Assembly (NCBI GenBank): GCA_036261915.1
Contig: DATAJX010000002.1
Span: 200,825 to 264,824 of the forward strand
From: Alphaproteobacteria bacterium
GTDB lineage: Bacteria > Pseudomonadota > Alphaproteobacteria > UBA2136 > UBA6156
Reading direction: 5' to 3'
Length of the DNA stretch: 64,000 nt
A program made the translations under genes and the position numbers. The notes below the pieces were generated by a model that was not told the DNA's origin, did no database searches, and saw only the letters and a list, made by a program, of their open reading frames with translations. Position 1 is the first letter of the stretch. Each line of letters starts with the position of its first letter. Positions 19,805 to 28,981 of this stretch are shown in pieces.

Positions 19805-20638
19805 ATGATGCGGAACAGCAAAATCGCCCGCCTCCTGAGCATGGTTATGCTTGTGGGTGCGGGCGGCGCTCTGGCGGGTTGCCAGACGACAGCGGGCACG
19901 ACCGCCGGCCCGATGGTTGCCGATGAAGGCAGCCCTTCGGTGCTGGTGTCGCGGGCCTCGATGCCCAAGACGGTGCGGCCCTACCAGCGCGTTGACAGCG
20001 TGCTGAAGTGCATCGCAGGCACCCGGCAGTACCGGAACAGCACCTTTATTGTCGGCAACTTTGTGGACAGTACGGGCAAGTTCAATGCGGTATCGCCTGG
20101 CACGAGCGGCGCGTTTTTGCCGAAGGAGGGAACTTCGACCTTTATCACCGCGGCCCTGCGAAGGGCGGGTGCGGAGGTTATTCCCAACTACGCAGTGGGC
20201 TCGCCCAACGACCCGGCCAATATCAGGTACCAGGTGAGCGGGTTCTTCAACACGCTCGACTTCGGGACGCCTTTTCAGGCCGACCTGCAGGTTGCCGGTG
20301 TTGGCCCTACGGCCAACTCATCGTGGGCTCAGCCCACGCTGACCATCCAGCTGGATAACTTCCAGACCAAGCGCAACATCGAACTCAGCCAGATCGAACG
20401 CCCCATCACGTATAACCAAGGTGGTGTGGGTGCCAACAGGCTGGTGGGTGCCACGCTGGTGACCGGCAATATTGCCGTTCAGGACCAGCAGCGGCTCCAG
20501 TTCGAGTCGGTGAACGGGACGATCGGTTTGGGTGTTGCGGACGTGCTGATGAAGCACAGCCCCGTAGCTGCCGCAGCCTGCCGTGGCCAGATCGCCGATT
20601 TGCTTGATCCGCCCCAGGATGTGGCGGAAGTGCAATAA
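19805..20638 (+). CDS. csgG: CsgG-family curli secretion channel lipoprotein.
   Basis: 277 aa, lipobox LAGC. STFIVGNFVDSTGKF aligns with E. coli CsgG KIFVSVYNIQDETGQF. YNQGGVGANRLVGA aligns with SNVKSGGVGARYFGIG. Same length as E. coli CsgG. Confidence 0.7.
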   Translation: MMRNSKIARLLSMVMLVGAGGALAGCQTTAGTTAGPMVADEGSPSVLVSRASMPKTVRPYQRVDSVLKCIAGTRQYRNSTFIVGNFVDSTGKFNAVSPGTSGAFLPKEGTSTFITAALRRAGAEVIPNYAVGSPNDPANIRYQVSGFFNTLDFGTPFQADLQVAGVGPTANSSWAQPTLTIQLDNFQTKRNIELSQIERPITYNQGGVGANRLVGATLVTGNIAVQDQQRLQFESVNGTIGLGVADVLMKHSPVAAAACRGQIADLLDPPQDVAEVQ

Positions 20639-20756
20639 GCTTTGCGAGATACCCTGCCATGCCTTTGGCGTGGCAGGGGAATGACCATCGGTTCCAGCCG
20701 GGATCGTTGGATTTTTGGAAGCCGTCGAAAATTCGGCGGCATTTAAGGAGAAGACC

Positions 20757-21167
20757 ATGAAAAAGTCGATTTTGGCCAAGCGTTTTATGTTTGGCGCTGC
20801 AGCCATTGCGATCGCTCTCTCGTTCCAGGCACCGGCCGCCAAGGCTGACACGCTGGTTCAGGGCAATCTTCTGGGCGGCGGCGTGGTGGTCAACCAGACC
20901 CCGCTGAACGTCAACCCGCAGAACCTCGGCGCCCAGTCGTCGGCCGGCAACAGCGCCACCGGCGTGGCGAACAGTGCTTCGTACACTGGCTTCAACGGCC
21001 AGCCGAACACCGTGCCGACCCTGACGGTTCAGGCCAACATCATTACCGGCAGCCAGGTGCTGAACAATGCGCCGCAGGTTGTGAACGCCGTGAACTTCGG
21101 GCCGCAGTCGTCGGCCGTGAACAGCGCCTCGCTCGGCGTGAACTCGGTGAACGTGACCCGCTACTGA
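20757..21167 (+). CDS. Secreted curlin-like repeat protein (candidate amyloid subunit).
   Basis: AAGGAG RBS and signal peptide MKKSILAKRFMFGAAAIAIALSFQAPAAKA. Two imperfect repeats, N-x-Q/V-N-L/F-G-x-Q-S-S-A-x-N-S-A-[ST]-x-G-V-[AN]-S, with C-terminal ...NSVNVTRY resembling curlin Q-x-G-x-N-x-A repeats. A terminator follows. Confidence 0.5.
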   Translation: MKKSILAKRFMFGAAAIAIALSFQAPAAKADTLVQGNLLGGGVVVNQTPLNVNPQNLGAQSSAGNSATGVANSASYTGFNGQPNTVPTLTVQANIITGSQVLNNAPQVVNAVNFGPQSSAVNSASLGVNSVNVTRY

Positions 21168-21189
21168 TACCCTGCTTTCGATACGAACA

Positions 21190-21216
21190 AGGCCCCTTAC
21201 GGGGCCTTGTTTTTTT
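21190..21216. terminator. Bidirectional terminator after the curlin-like gene.
   Basis: aaggcccc-ttac-ggggccttgttttttt. Confidence 0.6.
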
Positions 21217-21231
21217 GTGCCTGTGCCCCGG

Positions 21232-21744
21232 TTATTGGGGGGTGCCGAGGTAATCCATTTTACCGATATCGACCCCGTTGTGGCGCAGGATGCCGTGGGC
21301 GATGGAGATATGGAAGAACAGGTTGGGCAGCGCGAAGCCCAGCAGGTAATCGCGCCCCTTGAAGTTGAGATCGCGCCCGCCGACCTTGAGGTGGATCTCT
21401 TTTTCTTCGCTGCCGTCGACCTTGCCGGCCGGGACCGACCTGATGAAGGCGATGGTTTTGGCCAGCCGTTCCTGCAGTTCTTCAAACGTGGCTTCGTTGT
21501 CGGGGAAGCTGGGGTTTTCGGTGCCGGAAAGGCGCGCGGCGGCGCCTTTGGTGGCGTCGCTGGCTATTTGCACCTGGCGGGCGAGGGGGTGCATGTCGGG
21601 CGCCAGTCGGGCGCCGATGAGCACGCCCTGGTCGAGGCCTTCGGCCTTGGCGTGGGCTTCGGCCTTTTTAAGGATGTTGGAAAGGTTGGTGAGCGCACGG
21701 ACAAACACCGGCAGCGAGGCCTGGGACATGGACAATGACGACAT
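21232..21744 (-). CDS. DUF1993-family protein.
   Basis: 170 aa starting MSSLSMSQASLPVFVRALTNLSNILKKAEAHA, typical of the DUF1993 family. Confidence 0.55.
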   Translation of the reverse strand: MSSLSMSQASLPVFVRALTNLSNILKKAEAHAKAEGLDQGVLIGARLAPDMHPLARQVQIASDATKGAAARLSGTENPSFPDNEATFEELQERLAKTIAFIRSVPAGKVDGSEEKEIHLKVGGRDLNFKGRDYLLGFALPNLFFHISIAHGILRHNGVDIGKMDYLGTPQ

Positions 21745-21765
21745 GATGATACTCCTGTTGATTGG

Positions 21766-21954
21766 TTAAAGACGTTTGGCGACCTTGTAGCGGTCGATGC
21801 AGAATTCGACCGCTTCGCCCGCCATGAACCCGAGGTAGAAGACCGCCGCGAAGCACACCACGACCGGTATAAGCCCGGCGGTGAGGATGGTGGGCAGGTA
21901 GTAATAAATGCCGCCCAGGGCGACGGCGATAAGCAGCAGTTTGAGGGGGCTCAT
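21766..21954 (-). CDS. Small membrane protein, DUF2892/YgaP-like (62 aa).
   Basis: MSPLKLLLIAVALGGIYYY, two-TM architecture, adjacent to a rhodanese-type gene. Real start is an internal Met of the 96-aa track ORF. Confidence 0.5.
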   Translation of the reverse strand: MSPLKLLLIAVALGGIYYYLPTILTAGLIPVVVCFAAVFYLGFMAGEAVEFCIDRYKVAKRL

Positions 21955-22036
21955 GGGAGGGGTTCCTTTTTGCGGGGGGAGCTTAGGCCTGTTGGCCGTT
22001 ATTGACAACGCGGGCCAGAGCGTTGAAATACAAGCC

Positions 22037-22876
22037 ATGAGCTTTACGGTTGCCACCTTTTACCACTTTGTGCCGCTGGCCGATGCCGCGGCCTTGCAGC
22101 CGCTTTGGAAAAAGCTGCTGGTGGAGAATGGAGTGACCGGCACCATTCTGCTGACCCCCGAAGGCGTGAACGCCACCATTGCCGGCAGCGAGGCCGGGGT
22201 TAGTACCGTGCTGGCCACGTTACGGGCCGACCCCCGGCTGGCCGCCATGCCGCACAAGGTGAGCGTGAGCGGGGTTAACCCTTTCCCCCGCACCAAAGTG
22301 AAGCTGAAGCGCGAGACCATTCCGCTGGGGGTGGCCATTAACCCGGCCCGGGCGGGTGAGTATGTGAAGCCGGAACACTGGAATGCGTTGATTGCCGACC
22401 CGAGTGTGGTGGTGGTGGATGCGCGCAATGCTTACGAAGTGGATATTGGCCGCTTTGAGCGCGCGCAAAACCCCAACACCCGCACCTTTAAGGAACTGCC
22501 CGAATGGCTGGACGCCAACCTGACCGACAAGGACACGCCGGTGGCGATGTATTGCACCGGCGGGATACGGTGCGAGAAATCGACCGCTTATTTGAAGGAG
22601 CGGGGGTTTAGCAACGTTTACCACCTTGAGGGTGGCATTTTGAAGTATCTGGAAGACGTGCCCGAGGCCGAAAGCCTGTGGCGCGGGGCCTGCTACGTGT
22701 TTGACGACCGCGTGGCGCTGAACCATGACCTGAGCCCGGCGCTGGAATACCAGGTTTGCCGCAGCTGCAACGCCGCCGTGAACGCGGGCGATGTGCGCCG
22801 CGTGAACAACATTGGCATTTGCCCGGTGTGTGCAGCGCAAAGCCAGCCTGAATTAGCGGCTGAACATTCCCTTTAG
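22037..22876 (+). CDS. trhO: Rhodanese-related tRNA uridine(34) hydroxylase TrhO (YceA/UPF0176).
   Basis: N-terminal YbfQ-like domain (MSFTVATFYHF), rhodanese active-site loop YCTGGIRCEK, C-terminal Cys cluster CRSCN...CPVC. Confidence 0.8.
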   Translation: MSFTVATFYHFVPLADAAALQPLWKKLLVENGVTGTILLTPEGVNATIAGSEAGVSTVLATLRADPRLAAMPHKVSVSGVNPFPRTKVKLKRETIPLGVAINPARAGEYVKPEHWNALIADPSVVVVDARNAYEVDIGRFERAQNPNTRTFKELPEWLDANLTDKDTPVAMYCTGGIRCEKSTAYLKERGFSNVYHLEGGILKYLEDVPEAESLWRGACYVFDDRVALNHDLSPALEYQVCRSCNAAVNAGDVRRVNNIGICPVCAAQSQPELAAEHSL

Positions 22877-24301
22877 CAGCGCGCGGCCCAGCTGGCCCGC
22901 CATGTTGCGCACCACCGATTTGGCGGCGGCCTCGACCAGGCCCTGGCGGCGCTTGGTGCCGAACAGGGTTTCGTTGACCGCCGTGGCGAAGGGCGAGGGT
23001 TTGTCGGCTTCGACGGTTTGGACGCCGGCCGATGTGGGCTGCTGCTGCAGGCGCTGGGCCAGCACTTCGGCCGCGCTGACGCGGTTGAGGGGGTTCTCGT
23101 AACGGCCCCGCAGCGGGCTTTGGTTTTGCACGGCATTGCGCTCGGCTGCCGAAATGGTGCCTACGCGCGACTGCGGCGGGAGGATGAAGGTGCGTTGCAC
23201 CGGGGTGGGGATGCCCTTGGCATCGAGTACGCTGACCAGTGCTTCGCCCACCGCGAGGTTGGGCAGTACGTCGGCGGTTTTGAAGGCGGGGTTGGAGGCC
23301 ATGGTGGTGGCCGCGACCTTGATGTCTTTTTGCCCCTGCGGGGTGGCGGCGCGCAGCGCGTGCTGGATGCGGTTGCCGAGTTGGGCGAGCACGGGTTCGG
23401 GCACGTCGCTGGGTTGCTGGGTGACGAAGAACACCCCCACGCCCTTGCTGCGGATGAGGCGCACCAGTTGGGTGACCTTTTCGAGCAGCGGTTTGGGTGC
23501 GTCGGTGAACAGGAGGTGGGCTTCGTCGAAGAAGAAGGCCAGTTTGGGCACCGGCAGGTCGCCCACTTCGGGCAGCTGCTCGAACAGTTCGGACAGCAGG
23601 TAGAGCAGGAAGGTGGCGTAGGCGCGCGGGCTGTTCATCAGCTTTTGGGCGTCGATGATATGCACCATGCCGCGGTTGGCCAGCAGGTCGGCCACCTGCA
23701 GGGCGGGTTCGCCGAACAGCTGGGTGGCGCCTTCGCTTTCAAGCGCCAGCAGGGCGCGCTGGATGGTGCCGAGGCTGGCCGACGAGACGTTGCCGTATTC
23801 GCTGCTGAATTTTTTGGCGTTTTCGCCCACGTAGGCAAGGGTTTTGCGCAGGTCGTCGGTATCGAGCAGCAGCAGGTTCTCGCTTTCGGCCACCTTGAAC
23901 ACGATGTGCAGCACGCCGGTTTGGGTATCGTTGAGGTCGAGCATGCGGGCCAGCAGCAGGGGGCCTATTTCGGCGATGGTGGCGCGGGCGGGGAAACCGT
24001 TGGTGGCGTAAACATCCCAGAACGTGCTGGGCACGGCGGCGGGCGTGTAGCTGAGGCCCATTTGCGTGTAGCGTTCGGTGGCCCATTTGGGGGCGTCGCC
24101 CGGTTGCGAGATGCCGGAGAGGTCGCCCTTCACGTCGCTGAGGATGACGTTGCAGCCGGCTTGCGAAAGCTGTTCGGCCAGCGTTTGCAGGGTGACCGTT
24201 TTGCCGGTGCCGGTGGCGCCCGCGATAAGACCGTGGCGGTTGATGCGCGAAAGTTCCAGCGTTAAGGGGCCGTTGCTGGTTTGCCCGAGGAGGATGTTCA
24301 T
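22853..24301 (-). CDS. HerA-like helicase/ATPase, DUF853 (YjgR) family.
   Basis: Walker A GATGTGKT near the N-terminus (MNILLGQTSNGPLTLELSRINRHGLIAGATGTGKTV), Walker B (FFFDEAHLLF), length about 480 aa. Confidence 0.75.
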   Translation of the reverse strand: MNILLGQTSNGPLTLELSRINRHGLIAGATGTGKTVTLQTLAEQLSQAGCNVILSDVKGDLSGISQPGDAPKWATERYTQMGLSYTPAAVPSTFWDVYATNGFPARATIAEIGPLLLARMLDLNDTQTGVLHIVFKVAESENLLLLDTDDLRKTLAYVGENAKKFSSEYGNVSSASLGTIQRALLALESEGATQLFGEPALQVADLLANRGMVHIIDAQKLMNSPRAYATFLLYLLSELFEQLPEVGDLPVPKLAFFFDEAHLLFTDAPKPLLEKVTQLVRLIRSKGVGVFFVTQQPSDVPEPVLAQLGNRIQHALRAATPQGQKDIKVAATTMASNPAFKTADVLPNLAVGEALVSVLDAKGIPTPVQRTFILPPQSRVGTISAAERNAVQNQSPLRGRYENPLNRVSAAEVLAQRLQQQPTSAGVQTVEADKPSPFATAVNETLFGTKRRQGLVEAAAKSVVRNMAGQLGRALLKGMFSR

Positions 24302-24378
24302 GGCCCGCAGGATGCGAGCGGGGCCGGGGAGAGGCAAGTGTTATTTGAATTCATCGACTAAGCGCGGGTTGACGCGCT

Positions 24379-25011
24379 TTGATTTATGTACAAAAATCAA
24401 ACATGCGCCACCAGACCCTGCCCGCCGACCAGCTTGCATTGTTTGAAATGCCTGTATTTTTGCCAAAAGAGAGCACGCCGGGCGGGTTTTTGTACAAGGA
24501 GGATTTTTTGAGCGTGGCGGAGGAAAAAGAGCTTTTGGAAATTTTTAAGACCCTGCCGTTCACCCACGATACGTTCAACGGGTATGAGGCCTTCCGGCGC
24601 ACCGTGGGGTATGGCTGGACCAGCCGCCCCGAGTTGCCGGATTTTATTGTGCCGTTGCGCGACCGCGCTGCCGCCTTTGCGGGGATCGACCCGGCCACGC
24701 TGGATAGTGCGTTGATCAGCGAATACACCCCCGGTGCCGCCATTGGCTGGCACCGCGACAAGACCAGCGACAAAAGCGTGAAGGGGCACGTGGTGGGGGT
24801 TTCGCTGGCGGCGGGCTGTCACTTCAGGCTGCGGCGCGCGCGGTGGAGCGGGCCAAAGCCCGGCGGCGAGATTGTAGGCTATGACCGCTTTGGCGTGATT
24901 GCCGAGCCGCGCTCGGTGTATTGCATGCGGGGGGAAAGCTGGAGCCGGTGGCAGCACAGCATTCCGCGGGTGGAGGCGCTGCGGTATTCGATCACTTTTC
25001 GGGATTTTTGA
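24379..25011 (+). CDS. AlkB-like 2OG-Fe(II) dioxygenase.
   Basis: IGWHRDKT (HxD) and a downstream His/Arg pattern typical of AlkB repair dioxygenases. Start may be the Met at 24403. Confidence 0.65.
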   Translation: MIYVQKSNMRHQTLPADQLALFEMPVFLPKESTPGGFLYKEDFLSVAEEKELLEIFKTLPFTHDTFNGYEAFRRTVGYGWTSRPELPDFIVPLRDRAAAFAGIDPATLDSALISEYTPGAAIGWHRDKTSDKSVKGHVVGVSLAAGCHFRLRRARWSGPKPGGEIVGYDRFGVIAEPRSVYCMRGESWSRWQHSIPRVEALRYSITFRDF

Positions 25012-25077
25012 GAAAGCGGAAAAAAGGGTTGGGATTTATGGAGAAAGAATTGGCCATGCCTGTATGAAGTTTTTTGA

Positions 25078-25155
<78 letters not shown>

Positions 25156-25240
25156 ACCGGGCTTGGTTATAGGGGAAATATCGGGAAAAATCACATGACT
25201 TTTTAGCAAACAAGCCAAATAAATATGGTATACGGTTTTT

Positions 25241-26332
25241 ATGAAAATGCATTGGGGTTTGCTGGTGGGACTGTTGGCGCTGCCTGTGGCGGCGTTTGCG
25301 CAAGAGGTTGAAGGTGGCCCGGTGGGGTTGCCGATGGGGGTTTCGTACAGCTCGGTCATCAGCCCTTCGGTGCAGGCCGGCCAGACGCTGGAAGACCGCT
25401 TTAAGAAAGGCGACCGCATGTTTACGCTGTCGGCCGAGAACGATTCGCTGACCCGCAGCGGCGACCGCTATTACACCAATGGCTTGCGGTTGAGTTGGCT
25501 GGAGTTGAAATCGCGCCCGCCCGAATGGGCCGAATGGGTGGCCGAGCACGTGCCGATGTTCAATGCCGGTAACCCGATGGCCGTGCAGTATACTATTGGC
25601 CAGAACATGTACACGCCGAGCAAGATCAACATTTATGGCCCGCAGTATGGCGACCGCCCCTATGCCGGTTACCTGTACGGCAGCGTGGGCCTGACCGAAG
25701 GCGATGGCGATGTGGTCAACGACCTGGAAATGAGCCTGGGCGTGGTTGGCCCGCTGAGCTTTGCCGAGCAGACGCAGGTGAACTTCCACCATCTTATTCA
25801 TGTGCACCCGCCCAAAGGCTGGGATAACCAGTTGCATAACGAGCCCGCCATTGGTTTAAGCTGGGCACGCCGCTGGCCCACGTTTTGGGAAACGCCGGTG
25901 TGGGGTGGTGGGGCCGTTGGCCTGATGCCCAGCGTGGGTGTGACAGTGGGTAACGTTTACGACCTGGCATCGGCCGGTGCCAGCCTGATGTGGCGCAGCG
26001 ATGCCAGCGCGGTGATGGACAACCCGTTGCGCGTGCGTCCGAGCATTCCCGGCACCGGCTATTATGCCACCAACAGCAAGCCGGTGTTCACGCTAAGCGT
26101 GGGAGCCGAACAACGGGCCGTGGCGCGCAACATATTTTTAGACGGCAATACTTTTGGCGACAACGACATTAACGTGCAGAAACGTAATTTTGTGACCGAC
26201 TTGCAGGCCAGCGCGGGTGTTAGCTGGAACCGTTACCGCCTGGCCTACACCACAGTTTACCGGACCAAGGAGTTTTACGGCCAGCGCCGGGGGCAGGTTT
26301 TTGGCGGGCTAAACTTCTCGTTCAAATACTAG
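25241..26332 (+). CDS. Outer-membrane beta-barrel protein, possibly LpxR/DUF2219-like.
   Basis: Signal peptide MKMHWGLLVGLLALPVAAFA, alternating amphipathic strands, C-terminal ...FSFKY. Confidence 0.5.
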   Translation: MKMHWGLLVGLLALPVAAFAQEVEGGPVGLPMGVSYSSVISPSVQAGQTLEDRFKKGDRMFTLSAENDSLTRSGDRYYTNGLRLSWLELKSRPPEWAEWVAEHVPMFNAGNPMAVQYTIGQNMYTPSKINIYGPQYGDRPYAGYLYGSVGLTEGDGDVVNDLEMSLGVVGPLSFAEQTQVNFHHLIHVHPPKGWDNQLHNEPAIGLSWARRWPTFWETPVWGGGAVGLMPSVGVTVGNVYDLASAGASLMWRSDASAVMDNPLRVRPSIPGTGYYATNSKPVFTLSVGAEQRAVARNIFLDGNTFGDNDINVQKRNFVTDLQASAGVSWNRYRLAYTTVYRTKEFYGQRRGQVFGGLNFSFKY

Positions 26333-26344
26333 TATGATGCGGGT

Positions 26345-26956
26345 ATGAACGACCCGCGCAAGCCGCTTGCCGATATTCAGACGCTGGAGGAAATGCACGC
26401 CTATATAAGGGCGTTTGATGGTTGCGATTTGAAAAAGGGCGCCACCCAGACCGTAATTTATGATGGTAACCCCGCCGCCGAGGTTGTGGTGATGGGGGAA
26501 GCGCCGGGCGAGCAGGAAGACCTTCAGGGCAAGCCGTTTGTGGGCCGCAGCGGCAAGTTGATGGACCAGATGCTGGAGGCTATCGGCCTGAGCCGCAAAA
26601 AGAACGTGTACATTACCAATGCGCTGTTTTGGCGCCCGCCCAGCAACCGCACCCCCACGCCCGCCGAAATTGCCGTTTGCAGACCGATCGTGCAGCGGCA
26701 TTTGGCGTTGATCAAGCCCCGGATCATTCTGCTGGCCGGGCGTACGGCGGCGCAGGCCGTATTGCAGACCGAACAAAGCATGGGTGCGTTGCGCGGCAAA
26801 TGGCAGAAGATGGAAAATCCGTATCTGGATGAGCCGCTGAACGTGCTGGTGACCTTTCACCCGGCCTACCTGCTGCGCAACCCGCCCGCCAAAAAGGACG
26901 CTTGGGAAGATTTGAAGATGGTGAAAAAACGCATGGATGAGGAGGGTATCGTTTAA
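26345..26956 (+). CDS. Uracil-DNA glycosylase, family 4.
   Basis: VVVMGEAPGEQEDLQGKPFVGRSGKLMDQML matches the family-4 UDG motif A/B region (GEAPG...PFVG.AG). Confidence 0.85.
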   Translation: MNDPRKPLADIQTLEEMHAYIRAFDGCDLKKGATQTVIYDGNPAAEVVVMGEAPGEQEDLQGKPFVGRSGKLMDQMLEAIGLSRKKNVYITNALFWRPPSNRTPTPAEIAVCRPIVQRHLALIKPRIILLAGRTAAQAVLQTEQSMGALRGKWQKMENPYLDEPLNVLVTFHPAYLLRNPPAKKDAWEDLKMVKKRMDEEGIV

Positions 26957-27270
26957 TGAGCGAGTTGAGCCTGAAACAGTACCAGAAAGATGTGGACGAC
27001 TGGATCCAGCGCATTGGTAAGGGGTACTTCCCCCCGTTAAGCATGCTGGCGCAACTGACCGAGGAAGTGGGCGAAGTGGCCCGGGTGGTGAACCGCACCT
27101 ACGGCAGCCAGAAAGCCAAGGAAAGCGACCTTGAAAAAGACCTGGGCGACGAGCTGGCCGGGGTGATGTTTGCCATGGTTTGCCTGGCCAATTACACCAA
27201 AATTGATCTGACGGCGGCGTTTGAGCGCCACCTGGAAAAAATCAGCGTACGGGACAAAAACCGTTTCTAA
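26956..27270 (+). CDS. MazG-like nucleotide pyrophosphohydrolase (small, single domain).
   Basis: EExGEVAR..., E..DELAGVMF: MazG EExxE metal-binding helices. Start overlaps the UDG stop (ATGA-type coupling). Confidence 0.7.
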   Translation: MSELSLKQYQKDVDDWIQRIGKGYFPPLSMLAQLTEEVGEVARVVNRTYGSQKAKESDLEKDLGDELAGVMFAMVCLANYTKIDLTAAFERHLEKISVRDKNRF

Positions 27271-27311
27271 CGGTTGCGGGGTGGGGGCGAATAGGGTAAA
27301 CCCGCCTTCGG

Positions 27312-27389
<78 letters not shown>

Positions 27390-27481
27390 AAAGATTGAAA
27401 AACCGCCTTTTTGGCGGTTTTTTTGTGCAACTGCGTGGCAGGGGGGTTGCCAATGGGGGCGGTGGGCCTAGTGTTTGGCTC

Positions 27482-28555
27482 ATGAGCCTGATTATTGAAA
27501 TACCCAATGAAACCAACGATTTTGAACACCGCGTGGCGCTGACGCCGGAGGCGGTGAAGAAGATACGCGCGGCGTGGCCCGATGTGGCTGTAAAAGTTGA
27601 GAAAAACGCCGGTGCGGCGGCGGGTTACCCCGATGAGGCCTATGTAGCGGCGGGGGCGCAAATTGGGAGCGGCGGTGGCGCATTGGTGATGCGCGTGACG
27701 AGCCCGAGTGATGCAAAAGGGTACGAAAAGGATGCGCTGCTGCTCTGTTTGAGCGGCCCGGATATGCCGGATGTAAGCCGGTTGGCTCTGGAGAAGTTGC
27801 CGCGCACCAGCCGGGCGCAGGCGTTGGACGTATTAAGTAGTCAGGCCAACCTGGCCGGGTATGCCGCCGTGCTGAAAGCCGTGGGCAAATTGCCCCGCCT
27901 GATGCCGCTGCTGATGACCGCCGCCGGGGCCAGCCGCCCGGCCACCGTGGTGGTGGTGGGTGTGGGTGTGGCGGGGCTTCAGGCCATTGCCACCGCCAAG
28001 CGGCTGGGGGCGCAAGTGTGGGCCTTTGACGTGCGGCCCGAAACCGCCGAACAGATAAAAAGCCTGGGGGCCAAGCCCATTGCGATCGAGGCTCCCGCCG
28101 GTGAAAAGAACGGCGTGTACGCGCAAACCCTGAGCGCTGCGGAGCAGAAGGCGCTGCAGGAGAAGCTTCAGGAAGTGATCGCCAAGGCCGACGTGGTGAT
28201 TGCCACCGCGCAGGTGCCGGGCAAGCCCGCGCCGGTGCTGGTAAGCGAGGAGGCCGTGCTGGCCATGCAGCCGGGCAGCGTGGTGCTGGACATGGCCGCC
28301 GGTGGGTTTAACAAGGCCAATAACATTAAGGGCGGCAACTGCCCCCTGAGCGTGGCCGACAAGGAAGTGACCACCGACAACGGCGTGACCATTATTGCCG
28401 ACACGTACCTGACCAGCAGTGTTGCCGGGGATGCCAGCCGCTTTTGGGCCAACAACATGGTGAACCTGCTGAAGCTGCTTTTGCGCAAGGACGGCGACAG
28501 GACGACCATTACCTACGACGATGAACTCATTACCGCGATGAGGGTGGTGGCATGA
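27482..28555 (+). CDS. pntAA: NAD(P) transhydrogenase subunit alpha part 1 (dI, AlaDH-like).
   Basis: MSLIIEIPNETNDFEHRVALTPE, Rossmann GVGVAGLQAI. The track ORF starts upstream with TTG inside the tRNA and is rejected in favour of the ATG at 27482. Confidence 0.85.
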   Translation: MSLIIEIPNETNDFEHRVALTPEAVKKIRAAWPDVAVKVEKNAGAAAGYPDEAYVAAGAQIGSGGGALVMRVTSPSDAKGYEKDALLLCLSGPDMPDVSRLALEKLPRTSRAQALDVLSSQANLAGYAAVLKAVGKLPRLMPLLMTAAGASRPATVVVVGVGVAGLQAIATAKRLGAQVWAFDVRPETAEQIKSLGAKPIAIEAPAGEKNGVYAQTLSAAEQKALQEKLQEVIAKADVVIATAQVPGKPAPVLVSEEAVLAMQPGSVVLDMAAGGFNKANNIKGGNCPLSVADKEVTTDNGVTIIADTYLTSSVAGDASRFWANNMVNLLKLLLRKDGDRTTITYDDELITAMRVVA

Positions 28556-28971
28556 ACTGGGTGGCTTTGACATTGGTATCGGCCCTTTTTTCAGGCCTGA
28601 CCAACACCGCTTTCAAGCAAATGGCCAACACCAGCGCCAGCACCTTTGCGGTGGGTGGCTTTTTTATGCTCAGCGGCCTGACCATGACGGTTTATTCGAT
28701 CGTTACCCGCCAGCAGGAGCTGTCGCTTGAAACCTGGAAATGGGCGGCTGCGGCAGCCGTGCTTTTTACCGTCAGTAATATTTTTTTGTACCGCGGCTTG
28801 AGCGCGGGAGGCCCGATGAACGGCATTTACGGCGTGTATGGCGCAGCCGGGTTGGCCGTGGTGGCGGCCCTTGGCGCGTTGTTCCTGGGTGAAAAAATGA
28901 ATGTGTATGGCTGGATTGGCATGGCGATGGCCATTGGTGCCGTGACCCTGCTGGCGAACGGACGAGGTTAA
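28552..28971 (+). CDS. Small EamA/DMT-like membrane protein (139 aa, 4-5 TM).
   Basis: Hydrophobic helices with the EamA-like C-terminal pattern [26 protein letters not shown] overlap with the pntAA stop, and it ends 10 nt before pntAB. Confidence 0.6.
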   Translation: MNWVALTLVSALFSGLTNTAFKQMANTSASTFAVGGFFMLSGLTMTVYSIVTRQQELSLETWKWAAAAAVLFTVSNIFLYRGLSAGGPMNGIYGVYGAAGLAVVAALGALFLGEKMNVYGWIGMAMAIGAVTLLANGRG

Positions 28972-28981
28972 GGAGAGAACG

